This document shows, piece after piece, positions 42,751 to 56,993 of a stretch of DNA of 64,000 bases. The notes under the pieces were generated by a model. It saw only the letters and a list, made by a program, of their open reading frames with translations. It was not told where the DNA came from and made no database searches. The position numbers and the translations under genes were made by a program. The first letter of the stretch is position 1. Each line of letters starts with the position of its first letter. Origin of the DNA: Octopus sinensis (Eukaryota); contig NC_042998.1 in NCBI RefSeq assembly GCF_006345805.1, positions 113,584,001-113,648,000 on the forward strand, given 5' to 3'.

Positions 42751-43920
42751 TCTGCCATAAAGCAGAGGAACCATTGTGTAACCCACTATGGTGTGGTAAA
42801 CTTTCAGACCCTGTCTAGATTGCGAATCCTCTATACCCCAGGATGGTTCACCTCTCCACCCGTTAAAAGCCACTGTTTACTGAATGAGGGTAACAACGTA
42901 GCTTTCGCGCCCGTGCAACCGCCAGTCTATCGCGCGTGGTGGGTGGATCTTTAAGTTGCCGCACGCATTCTTAGTAGCTTAGAGTAGGCTCGAATTAGAG
43001 ATTATTCTTTGTGGCTAATGGCGTGAGTTCTGATTGGAAGAAGATGAAGAAGCAGAATGAGAAGATGAAGAAGAAGATAATGAAGAAAAAGAAGAAGAAG
43101 AAGAAGAAGAAGAAGAAGAAGACAGCAACAACAAGGAAAACAACAGAACAACTTCGAAGATTACAGCAACAACGAAAACGGCAACGAAACGACAACAGGA
43201 ATAACAAGAACATGAAAAGCAAGAACGTCAGCAACAACCACAATTATGACGACTACCGCAACAACTACAGTAAGCACAACTATCACAACAACAACATTTC
43301 AGACAACGAGAAGGTCTCTTCACGGTTCTTCGATCTGCTTGATATAGCAGCCAGATCTAGCTCTGAAATCATATCCTATTCTTTTAACAAACGGGAAGGA
43401 CAAACTTGTTAATATACCCGTGGATATTCATAAAAAGAGAATGCTTTTGATCATAGGTTTGTCTAATCAGAGGAATTGACCTGGGGTTAAATAATGGTAA
43501 CATCGACAACAACGAATCAACGATAAAACACATATGTGGTCAATCGACGTTTCAAAAATAGTATCCAAATCTTCCTCATAAATTTTAGCAAAACGGAAGG
43601 AAGTATTAGATAATGTCTTGAGGTTTATACTATGTTGGAAAAGAAGGCATGGACATGGTTAGAAGGGTTTTGATCATAGAGTTAAGCAACAACAGAAACA
43701 TCCCATCTTGGGACACTGTAAGATCGTTCAACGCTCTAGAAATAGTAGTGGAACTTTCCTCAAATTACACTCTTACTGTCCTTAAAGGAATATTGTAGTC
43801 GTAGATATACTACGTTTGAATTTTTAAAACTAGACAGGTTAGTCATGGCTGAAACGCTTTCGATCCAGCAATAAGAAATAACCTGGAGTTAAACAACGAA
43901 GGTACCACCACCACCACCAC

Positions 43921-44006
<86 letters not shown>

Positions 44007-44015
44007 TCATCATCG

Positions 44016-44068
<53 letters not shown>

Positions 44069-44291
44069 GATAACAAGAGCAACAAAATAAACAGCGGCAA
44101 CAATGAAAATCTGAATCTATCATGTTTTTAATGTTTAACCCTAGGTCACTCCTAGTGAGCACTCGCTATGACCTTCACATCTTTTTGTACATCTAAGTAC
44201 TATATTGACCAATGGTATGAGTTAACTGCTGTTTCTAGCTCATCCAGCATCTACAATATTTATTTTACGATATCGTGTGTGTGTGTGTGTG

Positions 44292-44357
<66 letters not shown>

Positions 44358-45252
44358 TGTGTGTGTGGTTTTGTATGACAGCATCAAAAATAATTGCGCC
44401 AACAACAGCAGCAGTGATTACTCCCGTTGTTGTTGTTGATGCTGTTGTTGTTGCTACTGCTGCTGCTGTTATTTAGTCCCAAGATAGTGCTAACCGTGCA
44501 AACCTATGATTAATGGTTCAAGCCGTGTCCATCACATCCTCTTTACTTTTGTTCAGAAATAGTGTAACCCCGTCTTTGTCATCCAATTTGATCTTCCTTT
44601 TTTTTTTTGACAGTAAAGTGTGACTATAATGAGTTTTGGCTACTATTTCTCGCAGATCGGACGACCGCAATGAGGCTTCCTCATCGGCTCCAGTGCTATT
44701 ACTGTTGTGGTTTACGCCCAACGCAACCTCATTTAATAGATCAAAGCCATTCCGGTCATGGCCGTCTAGTCTGTTTTCTATGTGCAGAGAAGCCAGTTCC
44801 GCACGAAGCGATTGTTTCCTTTTAAGACGATAGAGCGTTATTTGTAGGAAATCTGGTTGCTATCTCTAGTAGATCTAGCGACTCTGTAAGGCCTTGTGTA
44901 TAGTATTCCCTCTTAATGTGACCTTCCTCGCCATGTGCTACCATAATTGAAGACTATCATATTTGTATAATAGTGTGTGTGTGTGTGTGTGTGTGTGTGG
45001 TTCAGTAGTACTGTTGTTGTTGCTGTTGTTGTTATTGTTTCTGTAGCTATTTGTTTTTATTATTTTGTTATTGTTTGTCTTGTTATTGTTACTTAGTTTG
45101 TTTTTACTGTTTACCTCTATCGTTGGCGACCTTAATGGGAGAGAAACGCCAACAACGGCTAATACTATTTCTTTCTTTCCCTTTTTCTTTCTTTCTTTAA
45201 ACGCCTTACTTCCCCCCTTCCTTTCTTCTTTTTTCCTCTCCCCTTTCTGTTC

Positions 45253-45356
45253 TATAAGAAGAGGACGTCACTGTTATCCGATCACTTCAGAGAGGAAGAA
45301 TAGTTCACGCGCCCGGAGAGTGGCAAAGCACTTTTTTCTGTTCATTCCGCCATTTT
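45253..45356 (+). promoter_or_regulatory. Candidate core promoter (TATA + Inr + YY1 motif)
   Basis: TATAAGAA at 45253, GACGTCA at 45264, Inr-like TCACTTC at 45282 (A is 31 nt after the TATA start) and CCGCCATTTT at 45347. Confidence 0.3.
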
Positions 45357-45590
45357 AAATAGTTTACAAATAGCATTTGATGGTGGAGTTGACAAAACAG
45401 GCGATTCACCGAGTGACTAAATCTGTTGGTGTCACAGGCCAAGTGAAGCGTACATCAACACACAACTACACGTGCACCTCACCACCCTTATAAGCACACA
45501 GATACAACACATACGCACACACTATGTATATATTTATACATACATACATTCATACATACATACATGCACCTCCCCATACATACATATATG

Positions 45591-45656
<66 letters not shown>

Positions 45657-45711
45657 ATATATATATATATATATATACACATATATACGGTGCAAATATA
45701 TGTAAATAAAC

Positions 45712-45755
<44 letters not shown>

Positions 45756-46656
45756 GTGTGTGTGTGTGTGTTGTGTGTGTGTGTGTATGTATATATATAT
45801 ATACTTGCATAAAACTAAACACACATGCGTGCATTTTTCGCATGCATGCACAAACTTTCGTATACACGTACACGTGCACACACGGCATACAGAGACACGT
45901 ACCAATGGAAAATATAAAAAATAAAAAAAGAGGTTTGTTTTAGAAGATAAACAAATGAATTTTGGATTAGAATACAACAAGGAACAGAACAAAAGGCAAA
46001 TTAATCCGGAGTTTTTCTCTTCTGTATTTGTTTCGAAACGAAACAACAAAGCTCTCGCTTGTTGTTATGCACACACATTGCTGTTGTTTCATTTTGTTAG
46101 GTTTTGTTACGTTTTCCGTAAGATACACACTCTTCCGGTTTGGGGTAAAGTATCACTAAGATCATTTTCTTTTTCTTTAAGGGTGGAAAGAAACGAAATA
46201 GTTTACTGTGTCTGCTGTTTGTACCCACGTATCCACCCCGGCCACTAAAAGAATCAACAGCAGCAACAACAAACCATTATTTAAACATGACTCTATGAAA
46301 GTTTCTTGTCAATTCAATGATTACATAAGAGGTTGATAAACTCTGACTGTAACATAGTAGTTGTTGTTGTTGTGTTCGATTTTCTGACTGTGGAGTGTTC
46401 CAAATAGACCAGGACTATTATTTAACTTACGTCCTATCCTTACCATCACAGTGGGGGTGAGCTTTATAGGAATCTGGCTGCTTTTTATAGCAGCTCAAGC
46501 GACCATATAGAAACTGCATCGTTCGTTTGCTATATGGTTTTTTTAATATCGATACTACCACCGAAGTCATTGTTGTTGTTGTTGTTGTTTGTTGTTGTCA
46601 CCACTGTTCCGAGAGTGGGTAATGCTACTATTCCTTTATAGTTTATGCTTTTAGAA

Positions 46657-46805
46657 AAGGCATGGGCAACATTTTATCGAGAAGCGGGCTTGCATGAGAC
46701 ATGGTTCATCATCGGGCGAGCCGCAATACTAAAAAAAATTGAAGGCAATTTTTCGTTAGGCGGGTTATTCAGAATCTCCCGCGAACCACGAGTTGCTCAC
46801 GACTG
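46657..46805. mobile_element. Short hAT MITE
   Basis: TIRs AAGGCATGGGCAAC / GTTGCTCACGACTG; 8-bp TSD TTTTAGAA / ATTTAGAA with one mismatch. Confidence 0.7.
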
Positions 46806-47899
46806 ATTTAGAAGTCAGTTTGTTGTTGTTATTCCCTCCCCCTGACGTCAGCTTTGATCGAGCCGACCTATAGTACATAGACAGTCGCTCGAATGACTCA
46901 TCCAAATTTACCGCTCTCTCTGTGTGTAACTAAGGACCATACTGCTAAGTATCGTCATTCAATGACTTAATCGTTTGGCGTGCAATTTGTTAATCTATAT
47001 ATAGCGTAACTTCACCATGATCCAGTCTATTTCTTAACGCCTGTTATTAATTTTTCATGTTGTTGTTTAGACCCAAATCAATCTTGGTCGATTAGACCAA
47101 TAAGCAAAGCTATACCCGTTGTGACCGTCTCATCTTTTTAGGATATCTGGGACTACTACATCCTATGTATTCATCCTTTTTCAAGACAATAGGACTTGTT
47201 TTGAGGGAGACATGTATGCCATTTCTAGCCATTTGAGCGGTCACAGAAGGCTTTCCCGGGAGCATGTCAGTGACTGCCAGGTTCCGATTTTCAAATAGAA
47301 TAATTTCTTTAGAGCCATTGATACTTCTGTGAAAAAGTCATGGTTATATTTCGTCCCTCTCTCCCCAAACTAACTTCAGTAAAATTGGTATCGTGTTTCT
47401 CATTAAAAACAATCAAACGATGTTCACACATACCGGTATCAACAAAAAGGTTAAAAATCATCTAACTACTTTCATATAAAGATCTAACAATATTTGAAAA
47501 CACCAAGCACGTTTCTTCATATAGAAATTTGTACAAAATCAATATCCACATATAGTATGCACACCTTTCTAACAATGTTACCGATACCTGTTAGAATCTC
47601 AACTCTAGTACTTACTATGCTATTAATTTAGAAACGAAAGAAAATACACCAACCAAAATAATAAACTTCAAAATGGAAACTTTTCTGTTATGAGATCCAT
47701 ATATTACTTTTAAACAACAGAAAAATAATTTCTTTGCCAACAACAAATGTAAATTGTTAAATCCGAGAAAGAAAAAAGAAACCAATCAGGTATGATAAAT
47801 AAAAATATTTTATTATTTTTGGAACAGTAGATCTCAGAGCAAATGAGGCCATAAATAACAGCATACAAATATTGGGCTGAAAGCACCTTTGGATAGAAA

Positions 47900-48870
47900 C
47901 AGTCGAAGGCTGCTCTCCTCTCCGTTTCAGCCTTACTCAAAGCAAAATCAACAAGAAAACTGTACACGAAACGTGAGCCATCTGTAAATTCTACATAAAA
48001 AGTTGTCTGCTGGCATGGAGAGATGGGGATAAACTGTTACTTTGCGCATCTAAAACTCAGGCAAAGTGAAACTCAAAGTAATAACCACTCTCTATTCAGC
48101 TAACAAGGTAGAATAAAATCACACTCAAAGAAATCCAAAGCCCACAATACGCTTGCAGCTGAAGAGACCGCCAATATGCCTCATAATATGATGATGAATT
48201 TGAAGATAGCCTCAGACAAAAAGAAAAGGTATTGACCAATCTAGACCAACACATCAGTATGCTCCTAATGGGTAACTTCAACCTTCCAAATGCTAAATAG
48301 CCCGAAGGCCACAGCCTTTCTGGAATGTCACTGAATGAACGAAGGCAATCAGAACTTTCTATTTTACTGTTCATGGAACAAGTGATACACCAGCCAACCA
48401 GGGGTAACAACATTTTGGATCTTTGCTATATAAATGATATCGACCTTATCCATTGCGTGAAGTGACACTAACAGCTTCCTTCGTCCACATCATTGTAGAA
48501 TAATAATGTATGGTCCTAGGCGAACTGCTGGCATCTACCATGTAAGAAGGACTCAAGACATATCCAATTTGAATTTCCATAAATCAATCTAGAAATCAAT
48601 CTACAAAGAGATCCATAAACAAAACTAACCCGACTATCTGTCTATGCAAGACAACGACCTAAAACTTAATCAGTTTATGTCGACATGTGCACTAAATAAA
48701 TATGTCTCAGTAAAATTAGGCCAGAAATATCCCAAAATAAAATCCTGAGACAAGAAAAACATTCCTGAGAGGTTAAAACAAAGGTTGCGTTGGTAGCTGA
48801 AAGATAGTGAAAAGTCTAACTTAAGATGGACACTTAAGGAATTGAAGGTAGAATCAAAGAGTAGAGCAGA

Positions 48871-48945
<75 letters not shown>

Positions 48946-49930
48946 AAGAGAGAGAGAGTGAACTGCATTGTGGAAAGCATAAGAACAAGCCCCAAAGCCT
49001 TCATAAATTTGCAAAATAGCCACAGTACAGTACAAAATAGGACTATTGTTTTAAGAGAATGGCTCACTGACTTCAGACCTCCAAAAGGATAAGTGAAGTG
49101 CTTAGTGAACAATTCACCTCCCCGTTGGGGCTTAAATGTAATATACATGTGGGATGAGCAAAACAGCATGCAGTTTAATGTTGGGAAATTTCTGCAATAT
49201 CAGTTCACAAATCTACCACAGCCTGCTTATACAGGACTCAAAGGCACTCAAAGTCACATACATTAAGTGATGACTTTGGGATCGGTATGCATCATTACAT
49301 TACCAAGATGGCAACAAAGTGTATACAAAGGTCCTTCATGACAAGAAGTTAAAAAGTCATGTTAACCCTGTGCAAGACCTTTGTTCTCAGTCGCCTAGAT
49401 TATTGCTCTCATCTGTGGTCACTGTATAGTGCCAACTTAACAGCAGAGCTTAGAGCGATCCAACGCTATTACATTAAAAAAATTGTCACACTGTAGGAGA
49501 TGGACTACAGGGAAAAGCTGGAAAAAACTATGACTTAACTCCTTGGATTGAAGACGCAAAAGATATATAATAATTAACATATGGAAAATTCTCAAAGAGC
49601 TAGTACCTAACTTCGGCTTTAAGAGTTATACAAATGTCTGTACCGGACGCCATTGCATTGTTCCAAGAGTACCGTCTACTCCACCTGAAGCAGGGAGAAT
49701 ATACTTCAATATCTTGGGATTTAAAGGCCCACAGGTCTTCAATGTTCTGCCGAAAGAATTAAAAACAATATGAATGTGGACGTCCTCAAAAAGGAATCGG
49801 TCAGTCTTTTATCCATGCAACCAAATGAACCGGTTCCAGCATGAAGTACAGACGAGGACAACCGTGCCAAACTCCACCACACACCAAATGAGTCAAGTCA
49901 GCAATCAAGAAAAAGTACCTGCAAGAATTG
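47900..49930 (+). mobile_element. Decayed CR1-type LINE (APE endonuclease + RT C-terminus, RT core deleted)
   Basis: LLMGNFNLP, QVIHQPTRGNNILDL, WDEQNSMQFNVGK, KTFVLSRLDYCSHLWS, AIQRYY and MDYREKL; interrupted by (GA)n. Confidence 0.8.
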
Positions 49931-50086
49931 TGAGATGAAATTCCATCAGAAGTAATCAACCACATCAGAGAGTTGTGGAAAACGTACAAAGTCACGGTTG
50001 GTGCTCTAGAATAACTGCAGCCGCATGGCTGAAACACAAAAGAAATAAAAGAACCATATACATGTATATATACATCTCATCTCATC

Positions 50087-50149
<63 letters not shown>

Positions 50150-50353
50150 TTATATATATATATATATATATAATATATATATATATTTGTTATTAACTTA
50201 TACTTTTTGAGATCTAGTTATGTTTTATAATATATATTATTTGTTATTTATGTTTTGGTTTATGTCTATCACGGTTTGAGTTGCATAATAGTGGTTATAT
50301 ATCTAATTTATATTATATATATATATTTGTTATTATCCATGCAACCATGGATA

Positions 50354-50415
<62 letters not shown>

Positions 50416-52661
50416 TATGGAGAGAGAGAGAGAGAGAAAGAGGAAGCGAGCGATGTGTATGCATGTATGTAGTTCTTTTACATGCATGTATGAGTACGTA
50501 CACACACACATACACACATACGCACATACACACACTCTTATTCATACACATACATGCACAGAATTATTGTATCTATTTTCACCTTTACAACTTGTTCATG
50601 TAATTCAATACTTTAATCTCTGCAGAATTAAACGAAAGAGGGAGGTAACCAAAGAATAATAGGATAAAAAGAAATAATGAAAGAGGACCAAATGATAGAC
50701 AAATAGGAACGTTTATCGTTATATTAACAAAATATTTGATTATCTGTTCGTAAATTATGTAGGGTCAACATTCAGTTGGATGACGTGTTGCTTCGATACA
50801 GGCCTATTAGATGTTGCAACGTTTCTGGTGAATGATTCTTTTTCCAGTTCTCTGATGCTCCTGTTTAGATTGAAGTCTATTGTCTGATAACATTCTCCAT
50901 CCGTTGCTATAATTAATATGTCAGCGAATTGTTAATCTTCTCCAGTCATCTAATCTGCGAAAAAACAGACGTGGAAGAGGTCAAATTGTCAGTCAGTCTG
51001 CGCACGCTCACCGGATGTGTAAGCAGTCATTTAAGAGACGAACGAATATATGACTTATCGTCTGCTGACTGAACTCTTCTTAATTTCCTTACACTTTTCC
51101 TCTTCGTGCTCTTAGTGAAGAGAAGATGAAGGTGAAGAAAAAGATGAAGAAATGGAGAGAGAAGATGAAGAAAAAGCGGAAGAAAATATGAAAATGTGAA
51201 ACTATAAAGAAATAGAAATAATATATAAGAAATACAAGAAAGAGGAGAGAATGAGAAAGAGATAGAGAGTAAGAGCGAGATTGGGGGAGGAGTGAGTGAG
51301 AGTGAGATGAGAAGAGGGAGAGAGTGAGGGAGAGTGAGTGAAAGAGGAAGGGAGGGAGTGAATGAGAGGGAGAGAGAGATGAACTCCAAAAGGAACAATC
51401 AACGCAATAAACCATTCAACTAATTCCAAGACGGTGAAAAAAAAAAGGAACAAAAAAAAAAGGCAAAGAAATGGAAAAAATAGCACCAGAAGTGGTCAAT
51501 TGATGAGTAATCGATAATTTAGACCAATTATCTGAGGTATTATCACGGCTAATTAGACGTAGTGACTAAATCGTGTGTTTGTGTACAACGAGACTCATAC
51601 ATACAAAAAATAACAGAAAAGACAGAGAAAGAGTCGGGAGGCAGAAGCAAAAATATTCTTTATAACCTGAACAATAGCGAAACTTAAAAGAACGGATATC
51701 TATACAATAGTCAATGTTCCTTACTATTGTCTATCTTTCTGAACGTCTATCTGCCTTTCCCTATATCTTTTTACCCTACACAACTTCCACCGTATGATCT
51801 GTTCTCTATTTTGGTTCTACACATACCATTCCCCAAACTCACAGACTTCCATTATTGTTGTTTTTGTATTCCAACCAACCCAAAGCATTCTTCACTTGAA
51901 CTTCCCAATTTCCGCCGTTCAGCTTTTCTCTTCACTCCTTTCTCAGGTATATCTCTGTCTCTCTTTATCTCTTTCATTTTTACTTTCTTTGCCCTCAATG
52001 TTTCTTAGTTTAACTTCCCATATATTTTATCATTCATTTTCCTTCTTTCTATCTGCATTTTATTCATACTCCTTCAACTTCCTCTCTATCTGAGATAATT
52101 ATTTCTTTCTTTCATTCATTCTTTCTTTCTTTCTTTTTTTCTTTCTCTCGCTCTCATTTACATTCTTTACATTCTCTTAACAATTCTTCTCTCCCCGCCA
52201 CTTCTACCATACTTTCACTTTCTATCTCACTTTCTCTTCCTCAGATCCCCAACCTATTTTTCAGTCATTCTTTACTTAAGATTGCTAAAGAAACAAAAAT
52301 AGCGCCAGCTCTCTCTCATTCTCTCCCCATTTCTCTCTCTCCTCCTCTCTCACTCGCTGTGTCTCATTTCCATTGGACGACACTGGAAATGAGTAAATAA
52401 CACCAGTAATTTTTAACAGAGTAAACAGGAAGTGTTTGAAGAAAATGGACTCCGTTTTTAAAGAGTGGTCTCTTTACATCATCTTTATTGAAGCAATGAA
52501 AGGTCCGATTTCATGAATAGCGGACCATAAACAAAGAATAAAAACAAAAAGTAGGATGGAAAAAAATACAAGAGAAACTCTACAAAAAAGTCCCGGGGAT
52601 ATAATTGTTCTTTTAAAAACCACAAAGACGTATAATAATAATAATAATGATAATAATAATA

Positions 52662-52752
<91 letters not shown>

Positions 52753-52787
52753 TGATGATGATAATAATAATAATAATAATAATAGTA

Positions 52788-52845
<58 letters not shown>

Positions 52846-52847
<2 letters not shown>

Positions 52848-53287
52848 TTTATTAATTGACATGAGTATTCCTTGCGATCACAATATAGCGGCTAAAGGAT
52901 TTAACAAGGTCAGTAAATATAAAGACTTATTAATAGAATTTGAAAAAAATGTGGCATCTCAAGACGACTACAGTACCAGTGATTGTAGGATCTCTAGGAA
53001 TGATAAAGAAAGGTACTGAAACCTATTTGAAAATGATACAAGGCTTACCATCCCCACAGGAAGTGCAAAAAATCGTGTTAACTGGAACGACTCATGTACT
53101 GAGAAGAGCATTATCACTGTAAAAACAACATCCATTCATGAATTTATTTATTTATTAATTTTTTTCAATACATATTTTACCTGTGAATTTGCGTGTGTAA
53201 TCTGGGAATTCGTACAATGAGCTTCTCTGCCCTAGGTGTACGGAAAACACTCGGCGAGAAACGGAAGAAAATTTGAAGAAAGAAAGA

Positions 53288-53290
<3 letters not shown>
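52846..53290 (+). mobile_element. R4/Dong 3' end inside (TAA)n
   Basis: CLLIDMSIPCDHNI..KVSKYKDL and MWHLKTTTVPVIVGSLG..QKIVLTGTTHVLRRAL, then a 3' UTR; (TAA)n on both sides. Confidence 0.9.
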
Positions 53291-53347
<57 letters not shown>

Positions 53348-53532
53348 TAATAACTGTAATTGTAGTAATGAGTAATGATGATTTCTTTATTAGCCACAGA
53401 AATAGAAAATATTTAGAAATATAACGCGAAACAACCTTTGGCAGACTATATACAAATACTGAGAAGCAAACAGATGTATGTATGTATGTATGTATGTATG
53501 TATGTATGTATGTGTATGTATGTATGTATGTA

Positions 53533-53900
53533 CGGTGGGGGCAGGGTACCCAAAAGAAACCGGAAATTTGCAACATTTTTATTCACATAGTTGTACATGT
53601 TTACACTTTTATCGTTTTTACAGTATTCCCCATTTGAAGCAATGCATCCGTCCAGACGCGTTTTCCACTGTTCGAAGCAGTGTTCGAGCTCTTGCTTTTA
53701 AAGCGTCCATCGTTTTCTTCTACACCTCCTCTACGTCTACAAATTCCATAGCACCAACTTTCGTCACCAGTGCTGACCTTTGAAAAAAGGTCCGGATCAA
53801 CTGTTTCTGATCTTCCGTAATCAAGCGAGGCACAGATTTTGCTGCAACTCTTTTCATTTGCTATTCTTCGCTCAAAATTCGTTGGCAGGAGCTCCGGGAC
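53533..53900 (-). mobile_element. Mariner transposase relic with one terminus
   Basis: Minus-strand frames give MKRVAAKSVPRLITEDQK (WVPxxL motif), TGDESWCYG and CFEQWKTRLDGCIASNGEY; TA flank at 53531. Confidence 0.8.
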
Positions 53901-53924
53901 ACAGGAGTCTTATCAACAAGTTCG

Positions 53925-54620
53925 TCAATTGTTCGGTGACGTCAGTTGTTTATTAGATTCGGATAATTTAGCTTTGATTTCATTTGATTTCCCCACCCTT
54001 GTGATGTACTTATCAATTTTCGTTTTCATTTCTATAGTTAATCCTCTGTCAGATTCTAATACTCCACCTTTCAATGATTTTATCATCTGGCCATCTGGTA
54101 ATTGGATGCCTTCGCTGTTGACTACCATTTCCTTTTTCATGACTAATATTGTACACTTATCTCTGCCAAATTCCATGTCTATATCTTTGCTGAAGTGTCT
54201 TACAGTCTGTATTAAGGGATCTATCACTTTTTTCTTCTTACTAAAAAGCTTCAGATCACCCATGCGGAGCAAATGGTTAATTTTTCCCTTACTATTTCTG
54301 AACTGATACCCTTCCTTTGCCTTCCTTTATACTAAACTGAGGGGGATCAAACATTAGACAAATATAAAAGGGACAACGAGTCCTCCTTGAACATTCCTCT
54401 TTTGATATTAACTGTCCCTAAGAGTGTGTCACCTGAGTAGAGATCTACATTCCATTTCATCATACTAAAGCTAATTAATTCTTTTATGTCGTCTGCTATA
54501 CTGAATATACTCAAACATTCACTTATTCATGAATGTGAGATCATGTCATAGGCTTCAAACATTCACTTATCCATGAGTGTGAGATTACGTCATAGGCTTC
54601 AAACATTCATTTATCCACGA
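53925..54620 (-). mobile_element. R4/Dong RT fragment with an internal ~44-bp triplication
   Basis: AYDMISHS, IKRGMFKEDSLS, HLLRMGDLKLF and DIDMEFGRDKC; CAAACATTCA.TTAT.CA occurs three times at about 54512-54620. Confidence 0.85.
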
Positions 54621-54669
54621 GAGGGAGATCTTCCTCTCCCTGAGTTATCTATGTCATGTCTTAACTCAT

Positions 54670-55335
54670 TCCTGCAGCACTTTTCTCAATATATATGTTG
54701 TTCTAAGTAATGTTGCCAACAGCGTATATCCTATAAAGTTTGGTGTTTGCAGTTGTTAATGCCGAATATTGCAGTCTTTCAGATGGTTTCCAAGTGTACC
54801 AATCACAATAGGTATCATACTTACTTTTGAGGTTCTATGGATGTAATTTAATTCCAATGCTAGGTTTTGGACTTTAACTCTTTAATTCTTTAAAGTGTTT
54901 CAGCTTTAAAGGTGTGGTCGTGCTGGGGCACCACTTCTCAACTTTCTCATTCTCTGTATTCCCAATATTTTGGTGTGCAGGTATAGTAACGTCGACGAAG
55001 GTGCATACTTTGGACTCCTTCCACAAGAGAGAAATATCTGGCCGTTTATGTTGCAGTTTCTTATCTGTAAATGTTATCATATCCTACGTGAGTTTCAGAT
55101 GATTATTCCTTGCTACTGGCAAAGGTTAATGTGCATACCATTTGTTGGAACATTCTAGTTCATACTTTCTACACAATACTCTGTTTAGTAAGTACTACCA
55201 CTTTGTCAAAATGCTTTTTGTATTCCTTTTGGTGCAGTCTAATGGTATCAGATGATTTTCATATAATTTACACAAAAGGGATACTGCTGTCTTATCAATG
55301 CTACACTTGATTAATGTCTCCTTCTCTAAAAATCC
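54670..55335 (-). mobile_element. R4/Dong RLE-domain fragment
   Basis: TDKKLQHKRPDISLLWKESKVCTFVDVTIPAHQNI..EKVEK and IPIVIGTLG. Confidence 0.8.
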
Positions 55336-55776
55336 ACGTATTTCATCATCATCATCACCCTCCTCCTCCTCCTCCTCGTTATTAGTATTGTTATGAGATA
55401 GATTTGTGTTCAGTTGGAGGTGTGAAAACCTTCCACTACGGAAACAGTCCAGGAAAAGAGTTCTACTCAACATTTTATAAACACACCTGTTAAATATGAC
55501 AGCACACATCTATATGCCATTACTCGCTGCTTCGGCTTTAGTGTGTGTGTATATACATACATACATACATACATACATACATACATACATACATACATAC
55601 ATACATACATACATACATGCATACATACATACATACATACATACATACATACATACATACATACATACACACATACATAATACATACACACACACACACA
55701 CACGCACACACACACATATAGTTACAAAAAGAGAGGAATTTCGACTATCCCCACGTGGTGAGTTGTAATGCAAACG

Positions 55777-56892
55777 AACGATTATTTCCTATTTGATATC
55801 TACTATCGTCAAAAAATCCGGAATTGCGATTGGAACGAAAGCAGCCCCTGTTCTTGCGAACCTAATAATGGGATATTTTGAATTCACCATATATGAGGTG
55901 TCACTGCAAAAATATGGATATCCATTTCACCATTATATAAGAGAGAACTGGAAAAGATACTTGGATGAATGCTTTATCATTTGGAAGGAGACCATTTATA
56001 AACTTTTGGAATTTAAATCAATAACCATTAATATAAAACCTAATACTCAATTTACAATGGAATATAGATAAAAAAGTCATAACCAAATTATAGCTGACAT
56101 TTATCATAAACCAACGAACTCGAAGCCCATGCCACCCGAAACATTTCAAAAGAAATATCCCCTTTGAATTTAGCAAAAAAAATTTACAGAATAGTGTCTG
56201 ATAGAAATACTCGGGGCCTTCGTCTTCAAGACCTCAGAACAACACCAACTGAAAGACAATGTCCACCCTCACTTATAGACGATGGAATTGAGCGTGCTAA
56301 GAAATTAGACATTAAAATACGAAGGGTAACAAAACGTAAAACCACACCTCATCTCAAAACACTACTGTATATACATTCACAACTCTAGAAACAACGAGGC
56401 ATACAATATTATTGTACGAAATCTATGAATGCTGATTAGAGATCCAAAAACGAACAACATTCCGAAAACACATAGATTCCTCAAATGCAAAGAGCAACAC
56501 AAATCGCTGAAAAGACTTCTAACAAATGCAAAGCGTTACACAACAACTACGAAACCAACGGTTAAAAATATGGACGCCCAAACTATGGAACATGCTCCAA
56601 CCTACTGGAAGGCTCGGAATTCCTATTCAAATAAAGAGGGAGGTTCACATTTAAAACCAACTTCATTTATGCTTCCGAGAATCTAATTTATGTTATAACT
56701 TGCTCAGGTTGTAGACATAACTATATAGGACAGACAAGCATGACACTGAGACGGAGAACCACACTACATAAGGTTCTGATTCTGTTTTCACAATATAGAC
56801 TGATTCTTTTGAGTGAACACTTAGAGATGTGCAGGTAATATCCAACCAAACTTCACAGCTTCCTCATCTACCAGTGCAAAGAAACAATTTCT
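55777..56892 (+). mobile_element. Penelope-like element pseudogene, copy 1 (RT + GIY-YIG)
   Basis: GIAIGTKAAPVLANL, WKRYLDECFIIW, QFTMEY, IYHKPTNS, CHPKH and NLIYVITCSGCRHNYIGQT. Confidence 0.92.
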
Positions 56893-56993
56893 ATACGAAT
56901 GTAGAAAATCCTGCTTTCACAATGGTATCACCGTTGTCTGGGTTTGGCGAAGAGTAAATTATAATCCAAATAAAACGACAAAGAAGTTCTTTA

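Larger units (their letters stand above)
43310..47270. repeat. Region with many decayed copies of an abundant short repeat family, interleaved with microsatellites and unique DNA
   Basis: Recurring GACCTATGATCAAA and TTTGGCTGCTATTTCTAG motifs in both orientations; also seen at about 3630, 4650, 10900, 11680 and 18690. Confidence 0.55.

Noticed and set aside
51481-51503. TAGCACCA (miR-29-like seed)
   Set aside because: No complementary arm, and the rest of the sequence does not match miR-29.
54512-54620. Three regularly spaced repeats, superficially CRISPR-like
   Set aside because: There are no unique spacers; it is a tandem triplication of RT coding sequence in eukaryotic DNA.
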